From positions 64,001 to 128,000 of the forward strand of contig JAQBYT010000002.1 in assembly GCA_027622665.1 (NCBI GenBank): a stretch of 64,000 bases of DNA. The letters are read 5' to 3'. Origin of the DNA: Verrucomicrobiota bacterium. GTDB taxonomy: Bacteria > Verrucomicrobiota > Verrucomicrobiia > Opitutales > Seribacteraceae. Positions 1-10,225 of the stretch are shown in pieces. The notes beneath the pieces were generated by a model that ran no database searches, was not told where the DNA came from, and saw nothing but the letters and a program-made list of their open reading frames with translations. The translations under genes and the position numbers were made by a program. Each line of letters begins with the position of its first letter. Within the stretch, counting starts at the first letter, position 1.

Positions 1-423
1 ACGAGAAAGAACCTCGTCATGCAATCGACCTCTTCCTTTGCCATCCGCGAGGGCAAGTGGAAGCTTTGCCTCTGCCCAGGCAGTGGGTCCAACATGAATT
101 CGGAAAACGGCCAAGGAAACGATCCCATGCCGGTCGTCGCATGGGCCAGGGCATTGGATCAGGTCTCTGGTAAAGTGAGCGAATCCGATCTTTTGAAGTC
201 CCCCTTCGTTCAGTTGTTCAACCTCACGACCGACCCGCACGAGGATGTTAACCTCGCGGGGAAACACCCGGAACGCGTCGAGCGAATGGTCGCCTTGCTT
301 AAAGATCAGATCGCCAACGGGCGAAGCACACCGGGCCCGAAATTAAAGAACGACAAGAACGTCCGGATCATTTATCCCAAGGACAAAAGACTCCCCGCCT
401 TCGTTCGTAGCCGCTTCGAATAA
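1..423 (+). CDS. Arylsulfatase-family protein, C-terminal part (5' end outside window)
   Basis: Frame open from base 1; typical sulfatase C-terminus FAIREGKWKL...QLFNLTTDPHEDVNLA...PERVERM. Confidence 0.85.
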   Translation, partial: TRKNLVMQSTSSFAIREGKWKLCLCPGSGSNMNSENGQGNDPMPVVAWARALDQVSGKVSESDLLKSPFVQLFNLTTDPHEDVNLAGKHPERVERMVALLKDQIANGRSTPGPKLKNDKNVRIIYPKDKRLPAFVRSRFE

Positions 424-437
424 GCCCTTTTCATACC

Positions 438-1379
438 ATGAACACCAATATGTTTCTTTCTCGTTGGATTCTCTTTGTCCTGCTCGTCTTACCCCCGGAA
501 GTATGGGCAAACGAGAACTTCGAAATTCTCAAGAAGGCCAAGAAGATCGTCTTGCTGGGAGACAGCATCACTTACGGGGGCGAATACGTGGTTTTTTTCG
601 AGAGGTGGCTCACCGTCAACCACCCGGAGCTAAGCCCCGAGGTGCTGAACCAAGGCATACCGAGCGAAACCGTTTCCGGCCTTTCCGAACCGGGACATAT
701 CAGGCACGGGTTCCCCCGGCCTGACCTGCACGAGCGCCTGGACCGGTCGCTGAAGGCCTTGAACCCCGACCTCATCATCGCCTGCTACGGCATAAACTGC
801 GGTATTTACATGCCACTCGATGAGGAACGCTTCGCCAAGTACAAGGAAGGCGTTCAGCGCCTGAAGAAAAAGGCAGAGGCCCAAGGGGCCACTATCATTT
901 TCATGACCCCGCCGGTGTACGACAAACCGAACCCGAAATTTGATTACGACGACGTCATGGCGGCCTACGCCAGGTGGCTGGTCTCGAAACGAAAGGACGG
1001 CTGGCAGGTGATCGATTTGCACACGATCATGAAGCGGGAGCTCGCCCAGAAGCGGGAGAAGGACCCGAAATTCAAGTACTCTCGCGATGGGGTACATCCG
1101 GGAGCCGAGGGGCATGAATTGATGGCTCAACAAATAATCGACTTTTTTGCCATCAAGCCACCCCTCAAGGATCCGCACCCGAATGCCTATGGTCGCATGA
1201 TGATGTTCCTGCGCGAACGCATGCGGGTAAAACGAGACGCTTGGTTGACCAAGATCGGGCACAAGCGCCCGATGCGAAAGGGCAAGCTCTTGAGCGAGGC
1301 CAACAAGATCGCGGCCGAGAACACCGAGCGAATAAAGCAAAACCTTGGAACCATCTTGAAGGCAGCCAAGCAGCTCTGA
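438..1379 (+). CDS. Secreted SGNH/GDSL-family hydrolase (esterase)
   Basis: Signal peptide; LGDSIT block I, YGINC block III, DGVH catalytic dyad. Confidence 0.88.
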   Translation: MNTNMFLSRWILFVLLVLPPEVWANENFEILKKAKKIVLLGDSITYGGEYVVFFERWLTVNHPELSPEVLNQGIPSETVSGLSEPGHIRHGFPRPDLHERLDRSLKALNPDLIIACYGINCGIYMPLDEERFAKYKEGVQRLKKKAEAQGATIIFMTPPVYDKPNPKFDYDDVMAAYARWLVSKRKDGWQVIDLHTIMKRELAQKREKDPKFKYSRDGVHPGAEGHELMAQQIIDFFAIKPPLKDPHPNAYGRMMMFLRERMRVKRDAWLTKIGHKRPMRKGKLLSEANKIAAENTERIKQNLGTILKAAKQL

Positions 1380-1467
1380 GGTTTTCTATTCGGTCCACAT
1401 ACTTTTTGCTGTCCAATCATCCTCTATTTAAGTACCCCTTGGTGCTTTGTGAAATCACTATCTTCGG

Positions 1468-2958
1468 ATGAAAGTACTGATCCTCCTGTTGTTCGCCACG
1501 CTCTCCTTCAAATGCCTGTCCTTCGGGGCCAAGGACAAGCGGCCTAATATTTTGCTTTTCACGGCGGATGATCTCCATGCCGAGTCGCTCGGCGCGTACG
1601 GAGGAAAACCGAAAGACCTTACGCCCAACCTCGATGCCTTCGCCGCTCAAAGCATGCTCTTCAACCGGGCTCACGTGAACACCCCGATCTGCGCCCCCTG
1701 CCGGGCGATCCTTGCGACTGGTCGCTACAGTCACCGTTCGGGAGCCATGGGCTTCATGCCCGCCCGTCCCGACGTGCCCGACGTCGTGACTACGCTGAAA
1801 GCGGGAGGCTACCACACGGGAATTCTTGGTAAGTACGGACATTCCACTCCCAAAAAAACGATGGAGTGGGATTATCATTTTGATCAAAAGGATCTCGGTA
1901 ACGGCCGTAGTCCGGGTCTATACCGGCAACGAAGCGAGGTGTTCTTCGAGCAATGCAAGAAAACAGGCAAACCCTTCTACTTCATGGTGAATTCCCATGA
2001 TCCGCATCGGCCTTATTGCAATCCGGATAAATTGACCAGGGGAGCGTCCATGCCCTCGCGGACCTACGAGCCGAGCGAAGTCGACGTGCCGGGCTTTCTG
2101 CCCGACCTGCCGGGAGTGCGAGCCGAGTTGGCCCAGTACCTGAACTCAACCCGCCGCCTCGATGATACCTTCGGCAGCGTCATGAAGGCCCTCGACGAAT
2201 CGGGTTACGCGGATAACACCTTGGTGCTCTTCATTACCGACAACGGTATCGCGGTACCTTTTGCCAAGTGCAACACCTGGTTCCATAGTTCGCGTAGCCC
2301 CTTGCTGGCCCGCTGGCCCGGCCAGGTCACCCCGGGCATTCGCGACGACGAACATTTTGTTTCGGTGGTGGATTTCTTTCCGACTTTCCTTGAGGTGACC
2401 TGGGTGAAGGGTCCCGGCGGTCTCGACGGTCGGTCTTTCCTCTCCCTGCTGGAAGGCGGCAACCAGAAGGGGAGGGATTGCGTGTTCACCCAGATCGACT
2501 CCAAGGCGGGAGGCGCCGCTGTGCCGATGCGGGCGGTGCACAATGCAAAGTACGGATACATCTACAATGCCTTCAGTAACGGAACCTACTGGTACCGCAA
2601 CAACAACGAGGGACAAACCATGGCGGCGATGAATCTGGCGGCCAAGACCGATGCCGCCATCGCGGCCCGCGTGGACCTCTTTCGCTATCGTGTTCCGGAG
2701 GAATTCTACGACCTCGAGAAGGATCCCGATTGCCTCGTCAACCTGATCGACAGTTCCCGTCACAAGGAGACCGTCTCGATGTTGCAGGCCAAATTGGTCG
2801 GCCAAATGAAAAAGACCAACGACCCTATGTTGAAAGCCTTTGAGAACCGTAACGACCGGAGCAACGTCGATCGTGTGATAACGGCTACCTATGGGCCGCA
2901 AAAGCCCAGCGGTCCAAAGAAGCCCAAGAACCAAAAGGGTAAAAAGAAACAAAAGTGA
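1468..2958 (+). CDS. Secreted S1 sulfatase (sulfamidase/N-sulfoglucosamine sulfohydrolase-like)
   Basis: Signal peptide, PNILLFTADD, formylglycine motif CAPCRAILATGR, DPHRP, TDNG, EEFYDLEKDP. Confidence 0.92.
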   Translation: MKVLILLLFATLSFKCLSFGAKDKRPNILLFTADDLHAESLGAYGGKPKDLTPNLDAFAAQSMLFNRAHVNTPICAPCRAILATGRYSHRSGAMGFMPARPDVPDVVTTLKAGGYHTGILGKYGHSTPKKTMEWDYHFDQKDLGNGRSPGLYRQRSEVFFEQCKKTGKPFYFMVNSHDPHRPYCNPDKLTRGASMPSRTYEPSEVDVPGFLPDLPGVRAELAQYLNSTRRLDDTFGSVMKALDESGYADNTLVLFITDNGIAVPFAKCNTWFHSSRSPLLARWPGQVTPGIRDDEHFVSVVDFFPTFLEVTWVKGPGGLDGRSFLSLLEGGNQKGRDCVFTQIDSKAGGAAVPMRAVHNAKYGYIYNAFSNGTYWYRNNNEGQTMAAMNLAAKTDAAIAARVDLFRYRVPEEFYDLEKDPDCLVNLIDSSRHKETVSMLQAKLVGQMKKTNDPMLKAFENRNDRSNVDRVITATYGPQKPSGPKKPKNQKGKKKQK

Positions 2959-2987
2959 AAGAATCAAACCCCCCCTGCCTACGAGCC

Positions 2988-4406
2988 ATGAGAAGTATCC
3001 CTAAATTTATTTATTTATTAATGCTTTCAAGCCTCGTTTGTCTGGCTGCCAAGGACAAACCCAACGTCTTGCTGGTCTCGATCGACGATTTGAACGATTG
3101 GGTCGGTTGCCTCGGCGGTCACCCGCAAGCCAAGACTCCCAATATCGACCGCTTGGCCAAGATGGGCACCCTGTTTGCCAACGGACATTGCCAGTCTCCC
3201 GTTTGCAACCCTTCGCGGGTCAGCATGATGACGGGCCGTTACCCGCATACCACAGGGGTTTACTTTCTCAGCCCGGATCTGGAAGCTTCACCGGTACTCA
3301 AGGACGTCCAGACCCTGCCCGAAGTGTTTGCCGACAATGGATACAAGACGATGGCGGCGGGCAAGATCTTCCATCAGGGAGACAAGCGCTTTTTTCAGGA
3401 ATACCTGCCGACGGGCGGATTCGGTCCGAAGCCCAAGAAAAAGATTTCCCAACCTCACGGACATCCCTTGTGGGACTGGGGAGTGTTTCCGGATGACGAC
3501 AACCTGATGCCCGACATGAAGTGCGCCAAGTGGGCAGTCGAGCAATTGAAGAAGAAACACGACAAGCCGTTCTTCATGGGGGTCGGGTTTTACCGGCCTC
3601 ACGTTCCGATGTATGCTACCAAGAAATGGTTCGATATGCATCCCAGGGGAAAAATCAAGCTTCCCCTGGTTCCAAAGAACGACTGCAATGACTTGAGCCA
3701 GTACGCGATCGACTTGACCAATTTGAAACACGTTTCCCCCACCCACAAATGGGTCAGCGAAGCCGGGCAGTGGGAGCATGCAGTTCAGTCCTATCTGGCA
3801 TCGGTGTCCTTTGCCGATCATTGCCTGGGGCTTGTGCTCGATGCACTGGAGTCAAGCGACTACGGAAAGAATACGGTCATCGCTCTGTTTTCCGACCATG
3901 GATTCCACCTCGGGGAGAAGGAACGCTGGGCCAAGCGTTCCCTCTGGGAGGACGGAACCCGGGTCCCCATCATCGTGACAGCCCCAGGGTACGAGAAAAA
4001 CCAGAAATCCGACCGGCCCGCCGAGCTCCTCGACGTCTTTCCCACCTTGCTCGAATTAGCCGGACTACCCGCTGACTCCAGCCAGGAAGGGCAGAGCCTG
4101 GTGCCCCTCATGAAGAATCCCAAGAGGGAGTGGCCGCATCCCGCCATCACTAGTTTCGGACTGGGCAATTACTCGGTGCGCACTACCCGCTACCGCTTTA
4201 TCCAGTACTTTGACGGATCACGGGAACTCTATGACCTGAGCAAGGATCCGCACGAATGGAGGAACTTGGCCGCCGACCCGAAAAACAAATCGATCATCGA
4301 GGAACACGCGTCCCACCTGCCCAAGAAACAACACCCCGTCCTGCCGGGCAGGTCGACCGGGCATGCGGCCTACGGAGCGGCCAACGCCAACATCAAGAAC
4401 GATTGA
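2988..4406 (+). CDS. Secreted S1 sulfatase (iduronate-2-sulfatase/choline-sulfatase-like)
   Basis: PNVLLVSIDDLND, CNPSRVSMMTGR, GFYRPHVP, SDHGFHLGEK; ATG 2988 chosen, alternative GTG 2955 overlaps upstream stop. Confidence 0.92.
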   Translation: MRSIPKFIYLLMLSSLVCLAAKDKPNVLLVSIDDLNDWVGCLGGHPQAKTPNIDRLAKMGTLFANGHCQSPVCNPSRVSMMTGRYPHTTGVYFLSPDLEASPVLKDVQTLPEVFADNGYKTMAAGKIFHQGDKRFFQEYLPTGGFGPKPKKKISQPHGHPLWDWGVFPDDDNLMPDMKCAKWAVEQLKKKHDKPFFMGVGFYRPHVPMYATKKWFDMHPRGKIKLPLVPKNDCNDLSQYAIDLTNLKHVSPTHKWVSEAGQWEHAVQSYLASVSFADHCLGLVLDALESSDYGKNTVIALFSDHGFHLGEKERWAKRSLWEDGTRVPIIVTAPGYEKNQKSDRPAELLDVFPTLLELAGLPADSSQEGQSLVPLMKNPKREWPHPAITSFGLGNYSVRTTRYRFIQYFDGSRELYDLSKDPHEWRNLAADPKNKSIIEEHASHLPKKQHPVLPGRSTGHAAYGAANANIKND

Positions 4407-4439
4407 TCATTGGACGGAGCTCCCCTTACGCTTCCAAGG

Positions 4440-6776
4440 ATGAACGGAACCCGAATCACAACCTTACCGGTTCTGACTGTTGCGGTGCTTCTTCTGTCAA
4501 GCTTGACGGTAAGCGCCGCTGTGCCCTCCGGCTTCGATCAAGTAATCAAGCCGTTCCTCAAAGAGAACTGCATCCGGTGTCACGGTGAGAAAAAGCAAAA
4601 GGGCAAGCTGGCTCTCCATCAGGTATCGTTTGATTTCACAACGACGGAGACTTCCGACTTGTGGCTTGAGATTCTTGAGCAATTGACGGCCCGAGACATG
4701 CCGCCGCCCGACGAGGAAGCGCAGCCGACTGATTCGGAACGTAATGCGGTGATCGAATGGATCGACCGTCAGTTGCTGACCGTGGGCTCGGGCGAAACTT
4801 ATCGCAAAAAGCTACTCGCCCCCGAATACGGCAACTGGGTAAATCACAAAAAGCTCTTTTCGGGTGAAATCAAAACACCCCCTTTTTCACCCTCTCGGCT
4901 CTGGCGGTTCAATACCGAGATTTTTGCCCACAAGGGCTTTGGCAAGGCGAAGAGCCCTTTCAGTTACGTGACCTCGGAACGTGGGATCCGCGACTACGCG
5001 GCTATGTCGGTTGCGGATCAGAGCACGGTGCAAATGACGATGATCGTGGCCGACTCGTTTCTAGCGGAGCGGGAAAAACGGGGCGATTTTACGGATTTCG
5101 GGGATGATAAGCCGGTTCCTGAGGAAAAGGCGCTTGTGGAGGTGATTAGGCGGGAGCATATTCGGGTGATCGGACGCTACCCGAACAAGGAAGAGCAGGA
5201 AAAATACCTGACCTTTCTCAAACAGAGCATCAAAGCTGGCGGGAACCTAGACGGATTCAAAACGACGATCAAAGCGATGTTCCTGAGTCCGGAATCGATC
5301 TACCGGATGGAATTCGGCCTAGGTGAGGTGGACGAGCACGGACGCCGGCATTTGTCACCGGACGAACTGGCCCATGCGATCGCCTATGCATTGACGGATT
5401 ACAGACCGGACAACCATCGACTCATTCGTGACGCACTGCAAAAGGGGAAGCTGAAAACCAAGGAGGACGTGGCTCGTCTCGTTCGGCAATTGATGGACGA
5501 ACAACTCTTGACGGGACACTGGGACCGGAAGGATCTGCCGCGAATCAGGCGGTTCTTTGAGGAGTTCTTCGGTTTTCATCGGGCCGGAACGGTCTTCAAG
5601 GACAACGACCGGCGGGGTGCGGAAAAGATTAACCAATGGAACACGACTATGCTCATTCACGACGCGCGGATGCTGATTGAGCACGTGTTGAAGAAGGACA
5701 AAGACGTTATCGCCGAGTTGTTGACCACAAATGAGTACTTCATCGCGCATCCGGGCGACAACGAGTATGCCCGCGAGCATTACGAGAAGAAAGTGGCGGA
5801 GATCATGGATCCGGGCTTTGTCCAGGCACGCATTGAGCTGCGCAGGAAACAGATCAAGGGGGATTTCAATTTTGAGAATATGCCGGAAAAGGCGGAGGAA
5901 GCGCTGGTTTCCGCCCGCCGGGATGCGGAGAAAACGGTTGCGATGTATCAAGCGACGCTGGACAAGGGAATGCACCGCCATCCCGATTTTCCTTTCGAGG
6001 GCAATAGGCGCGGCATTGCGGATCTCCTTTATGTCGAGCCCTACAATTTACCTAGCAACGGTCGCCACGGGGAACAAAAGTGGGACTGGCCCATCGAGCA
6101 ACCCTTGAAGATGCCCAAGGAGCAACGGGCCGGTTTACTTACGCATCCAGCGTGGTTGACAGCCTATTCGCTCAATGAGGACAATGATCCCATTCATCGG
6201 GGGATCTGGGTATACGAACGGTTACTGGCGGGGGTGCTGGGTGACGTCCCCCCGGACGTTGACGCGGCCGTGCCAACCGATCCTCACAAGACTCTTAGGG
6301 AGCGGATGGAGCCACTGCGAAGCGAACGGTGCTGGAAGTGCCACCGCAAGATGAATCCGCTCGGTGAAGCGTTCGAGGTCTTTGATGACTGGGGGCGCTA
6401 TCGAACCCATCACTACTTTGACGAGAACGGTGAAATCTACATGCGGCGGGACAACCAGTTCGACCGCAAGCTCAAGGAGGGCAAACTAACGACCCGCAAG
6501 GTAGACGCGTCCGGAGAAATTGCCTTTTCGGGCGATCCCAAGGTCGATGGAAAAGTAAAGGATGCAGTCGAAATGATGCAGCGCCTGGGTCGTTCGGATC
6601 GGGCCCGTCAGTCCTTCATCCGGCATTTGTTCCGCTATTTCATGGGACGCAACGAGATGCTGAGCGATTCAAGAACCTTGATCGAAGCCGAAAGAGCCTA
6701 TGTAGATAAAGGCGGTAGCTTTAAAGCGCTCGTTGTATCATTATTAAGTTCGGATTCCTTTTTATACAGACGATAA
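4440..6776 (+). CDS. Planctomycete-type cytochrome c / DUF1592-DUF1588-family secreted protein
   Basis: Signal peptide, N-terminal CIRCH and MPP, RAGLLTHPAWL...PIHRGIWV, C-terminal CWKCH...MNPLG. Confidence 0.88.
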   Translation: MNGTRITTLPVLTVAVLLLSSLTVSAAVPSGFDQVIKPFLKENCIRCHGEKKQKGKLALHQVSFDFTTTETSDLWLEILEQLTARDMPPPDEEAQPTDSERNAVIEWIDRQLLTVGSGETYRKKLLAPEYGNWVNHKKLFSGEIKTPPFSPSRLWRFNTEIFAHKGFGKAKSPFSYVTSERGIRDYAAMSVADQSTVQMTMIVADSFLAEREKRGDFTDFGDDKPVPEEKALVEVIRREHIRVIGRYPNKEEQEKYLTFLKQSIKAGGNLDGFKTTIKAMFLSPESIYRMEFGLGEVDEHGRRHLSPDELAHAIAYALTDYRPDNHRLIRDALQKGKLKTKEDVARLVRQLMDEQLLTGHWDRKDLPRIRRFFEEFFGFHRAGTVFKDNDRRGAEKINQWNTTMLIHDARMLIEHVLKKDKDVIAELLTTNEYFIAHPGDNEYAREHYEKKVAEIMDPGFVQARIELRRKQIKGDFNFENMPEKAEEALVSARRDAEKTVAMYQATLDKGMHRHPDFPFEGNRRGIADLLYVEPYNLPSNGRHGEQKWDWPIEQPLKMPKEQRAGLLTHPAWLTAYSLNEDNDPIHRGIWVYERLLAGVLGDVPPDVDAAVPTDPHKTLRERMEPLRSERCWKCHRKMNPLGEAFEVFDDWGRYRTHHYFDENGEIYMRRDNQFDRKLKEGKLTTRKVDASGEIAFSGDPKVDGKVKDAVEMMQRLGRSDRARQSFIRHLFRYFMGRNEMLSDSRTLIEAERAYVDKGGSFKALVVSLLSSDSFLYRR

Positions 6777-6788
6777 TCATACCTATTT

Positions 6789-8228
6789 ATGATATATAAA
6801 AGACGGCAGTTTCTGCGAAATTTCTCCCTTGGCGGCAGCACCCTTGCCATGGCTCCTTTTCTACAATCCATTCGGGTCCATGCCGCCGGAGACGAAGCTG
6901 CCTTGCCGAAGCGGTTCGTCTTCGTGGTGAAATCATCAGGAATCGACAAGTTCAACCTCGTACCCGAGGGTCTCGAAAATCACTTCGTCAATCCGGACGA
7001 CGGCAAGAAACTGGGGAATCGAGGGCGGCGGGAAGGACCTCTCGTAGACGTCGCGCTGGCAGATCACCAGCTTCCGGAAAAACTGGCCGCCTTGGAAACT
7101 TTCAAAGATCGCCTGACAGTCATTCAAAGTTTGTCCGGGGTGGGCTTCCGGGGAAACCATACCAAGGGATTCGGGACCCTTTCGCTTCATGATTCGGAAA
7201 AGGTAGCCGTTGCCCCGACGCTGGATTGTCTCCTCGGGCAACATCTCTCCACGGGTCCATTCCCGATGTACGGCATGGCAATGAGCGGTCAACTGCTTGA
7301 GTCCGCAGGATGGAAACCCGAAGACTCCTATTGCTATCCAAACCTTTCCGCCTACGCAGCCGCCAAGCCCGTTGCCTATCAAGGTTCCCCCCGGAAAGCC
7401 TTTCTCGAACTCTTCGGCGCCGGCGTGGCAAGCCCCCGGGAACTGGAAAAGAAAATCGCTCTGAACGGCGACCTGATGGATTTCCTGACCGAGGATGCCC
7501 GGCGCGTGGAGAAGCGACTGTCCGGGGACGACAAGGAACGGTTCGCTCTTTATATGGATTCGTTCGATTCGCTGCGAAAGATCGAAGAGAAGAAAGCCGC
7601 CCTTACGGACCGCATTCAAAAGCACGCCCCGGAACTGACGGACCGCTTCGATTCCACCGCTCCATCCGAGCGAATCGAATCGCACTTTGAAATCGCCTCC
7701 GCCGCTCTGGTCGCTGGCCTGACAAATGTGATCACCCTGCGTCCGGACACCTTGGGCGTGAAGTATTCCGAGCTCAAGATATCGAATTCCGTACACGCCC
7801 TTGGACACCTCCAGGACAACAAGGCTTCAAACGGCTGGACCGGTCACCAGGCGCGCATGGAGATCGAAAAGCTGCACCTCAAGCAAATCGCAAAAATGGC
7901 CAAGAAGTTCGACGATATTCCGGAAGGAAATGGCTCGATGCTCGACAACACGATGATCGTCTACATGTCGTGTTCTTCCGGCGACCATCATTGCGCCGGT
8001 CATGATTGGCCAGTCGTTCTGCTTGGCGGGATGGGGAAGAAGCTGAAGACTGGACGCTATGTCGAGTATCCCAAGTATGGCAGCAAAGGCCACCGTACGG
8101 TTGGCAACCTTTACCTTTCCTTGATGCAGGCCGCCGGAATGAAAACTTCCGAAACCTTCGGTCAACCGGATGCCAACCTGAAGGATCTCGACCTGAAGGG
8201 ACCGTTGCAGGAATTGATGGTAGGCTAG
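6789..8228 (+). CDS. DUF1552 (HXXSHH-family) Tat-exported protein
   Basis: RRQFL Tat motif, PKRFVF, HALGH, PEGNGSMLDNTMIVY, WPVVLLGG; directly downstream of DUF1588 gene. Confidence 0.88.
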   Translation: MIYKRRQFLRNFSLGGSTLAMAPFLQSIRVHAAGDEAALPKRFVFVVKSSGIDKFNLVPEGLENHFVNPDDGKKLGNRGRREGPLVDVALADHQLPEKLAALETFKDRLTVIQSLSGVGFRGNHTKGFGTLSLHDSEKVAVAPTLDCLLGQHLSTGPFPMYGMAMSGQLLESAGWKPEDSYCYPNLSAYAAAKPVAYQGSPRKAFLELFGAGVASPRELEKKIALNGDLMDFLTEDARRVEKRLSGDDKERFALYMDSFDSLRKIEEKKAALTDRIQKHAPELTDRFDSTAPSERIESHFEIASAALVAGLTNVITLRPDTLGVKYSELKISNSVHALGHLQDNKASNGWTGHQARMEIEKLHLKQIAKMAKKFDDIPEGNGSMLDNTMIVYMSCSSGDHHCAGHDWPVVLLGGMGKKLKTGRYVEYPKYGSKGHRTVGNLYLSLMQAAGMKTSETFGQPDANLKDLDLKGPLQELMVG

Positions 8229-8293
8229 AAGAAACTGAGAGATAAAAAGAAGAACTGCATGATATCATGCATAACGGAATTCCACCTTTCACC

Positions 8294-9328
8294 ATGCAGC
8301 CCTCGATAATCCATATAGTCGTCCTCCTTTTGATCGCGATTCGGGCTCTCGCCCATCCCGTTCCCGACAGTCCGAAGTGGCTGGTTTATCCCGGCGGTGA
8401 AGGTCCCGGCAAAGGCAAGCACGTCGTTCTCATCTCCGCCGATCAGGAATACCGTAGCGAACAATCCATGCCGATGATGGCGAAAATCCTGAGCAGGCAT
8501 CATGGCTTTGACTGTACCGTACTGTTTGGGGTCAACGAAGAGGGCGAAGTCGACCCGACCATGCCGGTCTACCCGAAAAAGGGGAAGGAGGACGAATTCA
8601 AGTCACACGATATTCCCGGCCTTGAGCATCTCGCATCAGCCGACCTCGTAATCTTTTTTACCCGCCTGCTGACCCTCCCGATCGCCCAACAGGAACAGAT
8701 CGTCTCCTACCTCGATTCCGGCAAACCAATGATTGCGCTTCGGACTGCGAATCATGGATTCCGCGGACCTATTCCCTACGAGATTGATGGTAAAAGGGTG
8801 AACTTCGGAAACGACGTACTGGGAGGGTCCTTCAGGGGGCATCACGGTCGTTGGCATGCCGATTCAACCAGAGGCGCCGTTGTCGAAGAACAAAAGAATC
8901 ATCCCATCGTATCCGGGGTCAAAGATATCTGGGGACCGTCGGACGTTTACCGGACATACAAGGAAGGAACCAGTCTTCCGGAAGGTTGCACCGCCTTGGT
9001 CTGGGGGCAGCCGTTGATGGGACGCAAACCCGACGATCTTCCGAATCAAAAAAAGGAACCGCTCCCGGTCGCCTGGTTCAAGACCTGGAAGACCAGCAAA
9101 GGCAAAAGCGCTCGCGTGTTCCATTCGACCATGGGCAGCGCCAAGGACTTGGAAAGCGATGGTCTGCGCCGCCTCGTCATCAATGCCACCTATTGGGGCT
9201 TGGGCTTGGAATCCGCCATTTCCCCGACCAGAAAAGTCGACTACGTGGGCCCCTACAAACCTCTCGCGAGTGGATTCAATTATGAAAAGCTCGGGGTCGT
9301 GCCAAAGTTTCCCGAAGCTTACAAATAG
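8294..9328 (+). CDS. ThuA-like (class I glutamine-amidotransferase fold) secreted protein
   Basis: GKGKHVVLISADQEYRSE, IPGLEHL..ADL, RVFHSTMG...RRLVINATYWGLG. Confidence 0.8.
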   Translation: MQPSIIHIVVLLLIAIRALAHPVPDSPKWLVYPGGEGPGKGKHVVLISADQEYRSEQSMPMMAKILSRHHGFDCTVLFGVNEEGEVDPTMPVYPKKGKEDEFKSHDIPGLEHLASADLVIFFTRLLTLPIAQQEQIVSYLDSGKPMIALRTANHGFRGPIPYEIDGKRVNFGNDVLGGSFRGHHGRWHADSTRGAVVEEQKNHPIVSGVKDIWGPSDVYRTYKEGTSLPEGCTALVWGQPLMGRKPDDLPNQKKEPLPVAWFKTWKTSKGKSARVFHSTMGSAKDLESDGLRRLVINATYWGLGLESAISPTRKVDYVGPYKPLASGFNYEKLGVVPKFPEAYK

Positions 9329-9348
9329 CAAACCCGTAATTTAACCTC

Positions 9349-10101
9349 ATGAGTACGAATATTCATCCCCATAGCCTCCACCTGAAGCTCAACTCCTTAG
9401 TCGCTTTTGCCTCTTTTTTCGTAGTTGCCACCGTTGCCTCCGGGCAGAAGAAGGACATGCCGAGGGAGAATGTCATCGAGATCCCGGCAATTGGCGAGGG
9501 ACTCTGCTTCCATAACCTTTTCCAGTCCAACATGGTGCTGCAACGGGACAAGCCGATTCAAATCTGGGGATGGGCAAGTCCGGAAGAAAAGGTAAGCGTC
9601 TCCTTTGCCGATCAAACCCAAAGAGCAGAGGCAAACAAGGATCGCTTATGGAAGATCACTTTGCCCGCTATGTCGGCCAATGCAGAACCGCAAACACTTA
9701 CCGTCAAAGGTAAGGCCAAGCTGCGGCATGCACCAAGCCACATCATCGACCTCGCTCCCACCTGTCTCTCGGCAGCCGGTCTTTCGGTCAAGGGAATGGA
9801 AGGCAAGAGCCTCTTGCCCGTCTTTCCCAAGGATTCCATGTGGCAACGTACTCTTTACTGGGAGCACGAGGGCAACCGGGCGGTCCGCAAGGGAAACCAT
9901 AAGCTGGTCGCCATTCACTATACCCCGTGGAAATTGTACGATCTGAGCAAGGATCGCAGTGAATTGAACGACCTTTCCGAAACCATGCCTAAGAAAACCG
10001 ATGATTTGCGGCTCGCTTACGAGACTTGGGCGAAACGCGTTGGGACCTTGCCTTGGAACGAAGTCAATGTGAAGAAGAGTAAGAAGCAAAAGATGAAATG
10101 A
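9349..10101 (+). pseudogene. In-frame chimera: sialate-O-acetylesterase-like N-terminus fused to arylsulfatase C-terminus
   Basis: LFQSNMVLQRDKPIQIWGWA...TLTVKGK then RHAPSHIIDLAPT...YWEHEGNRAVRKG.KLV...LYDLSKDRSELNDL; neither catalytic core present. Confidence 0.8.
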
Positions 10102-10225
10102 ATCCCCAAACTTCGCGACCTGAAGCATATGTTGCTTTTTAAGGAAAAATGAACTCGCCATCGAGTTGATTTTTCTTTGTTACCCAAGACATCTACCCTT
10201 TCAAATTCATTATTCCAAAGATCTC

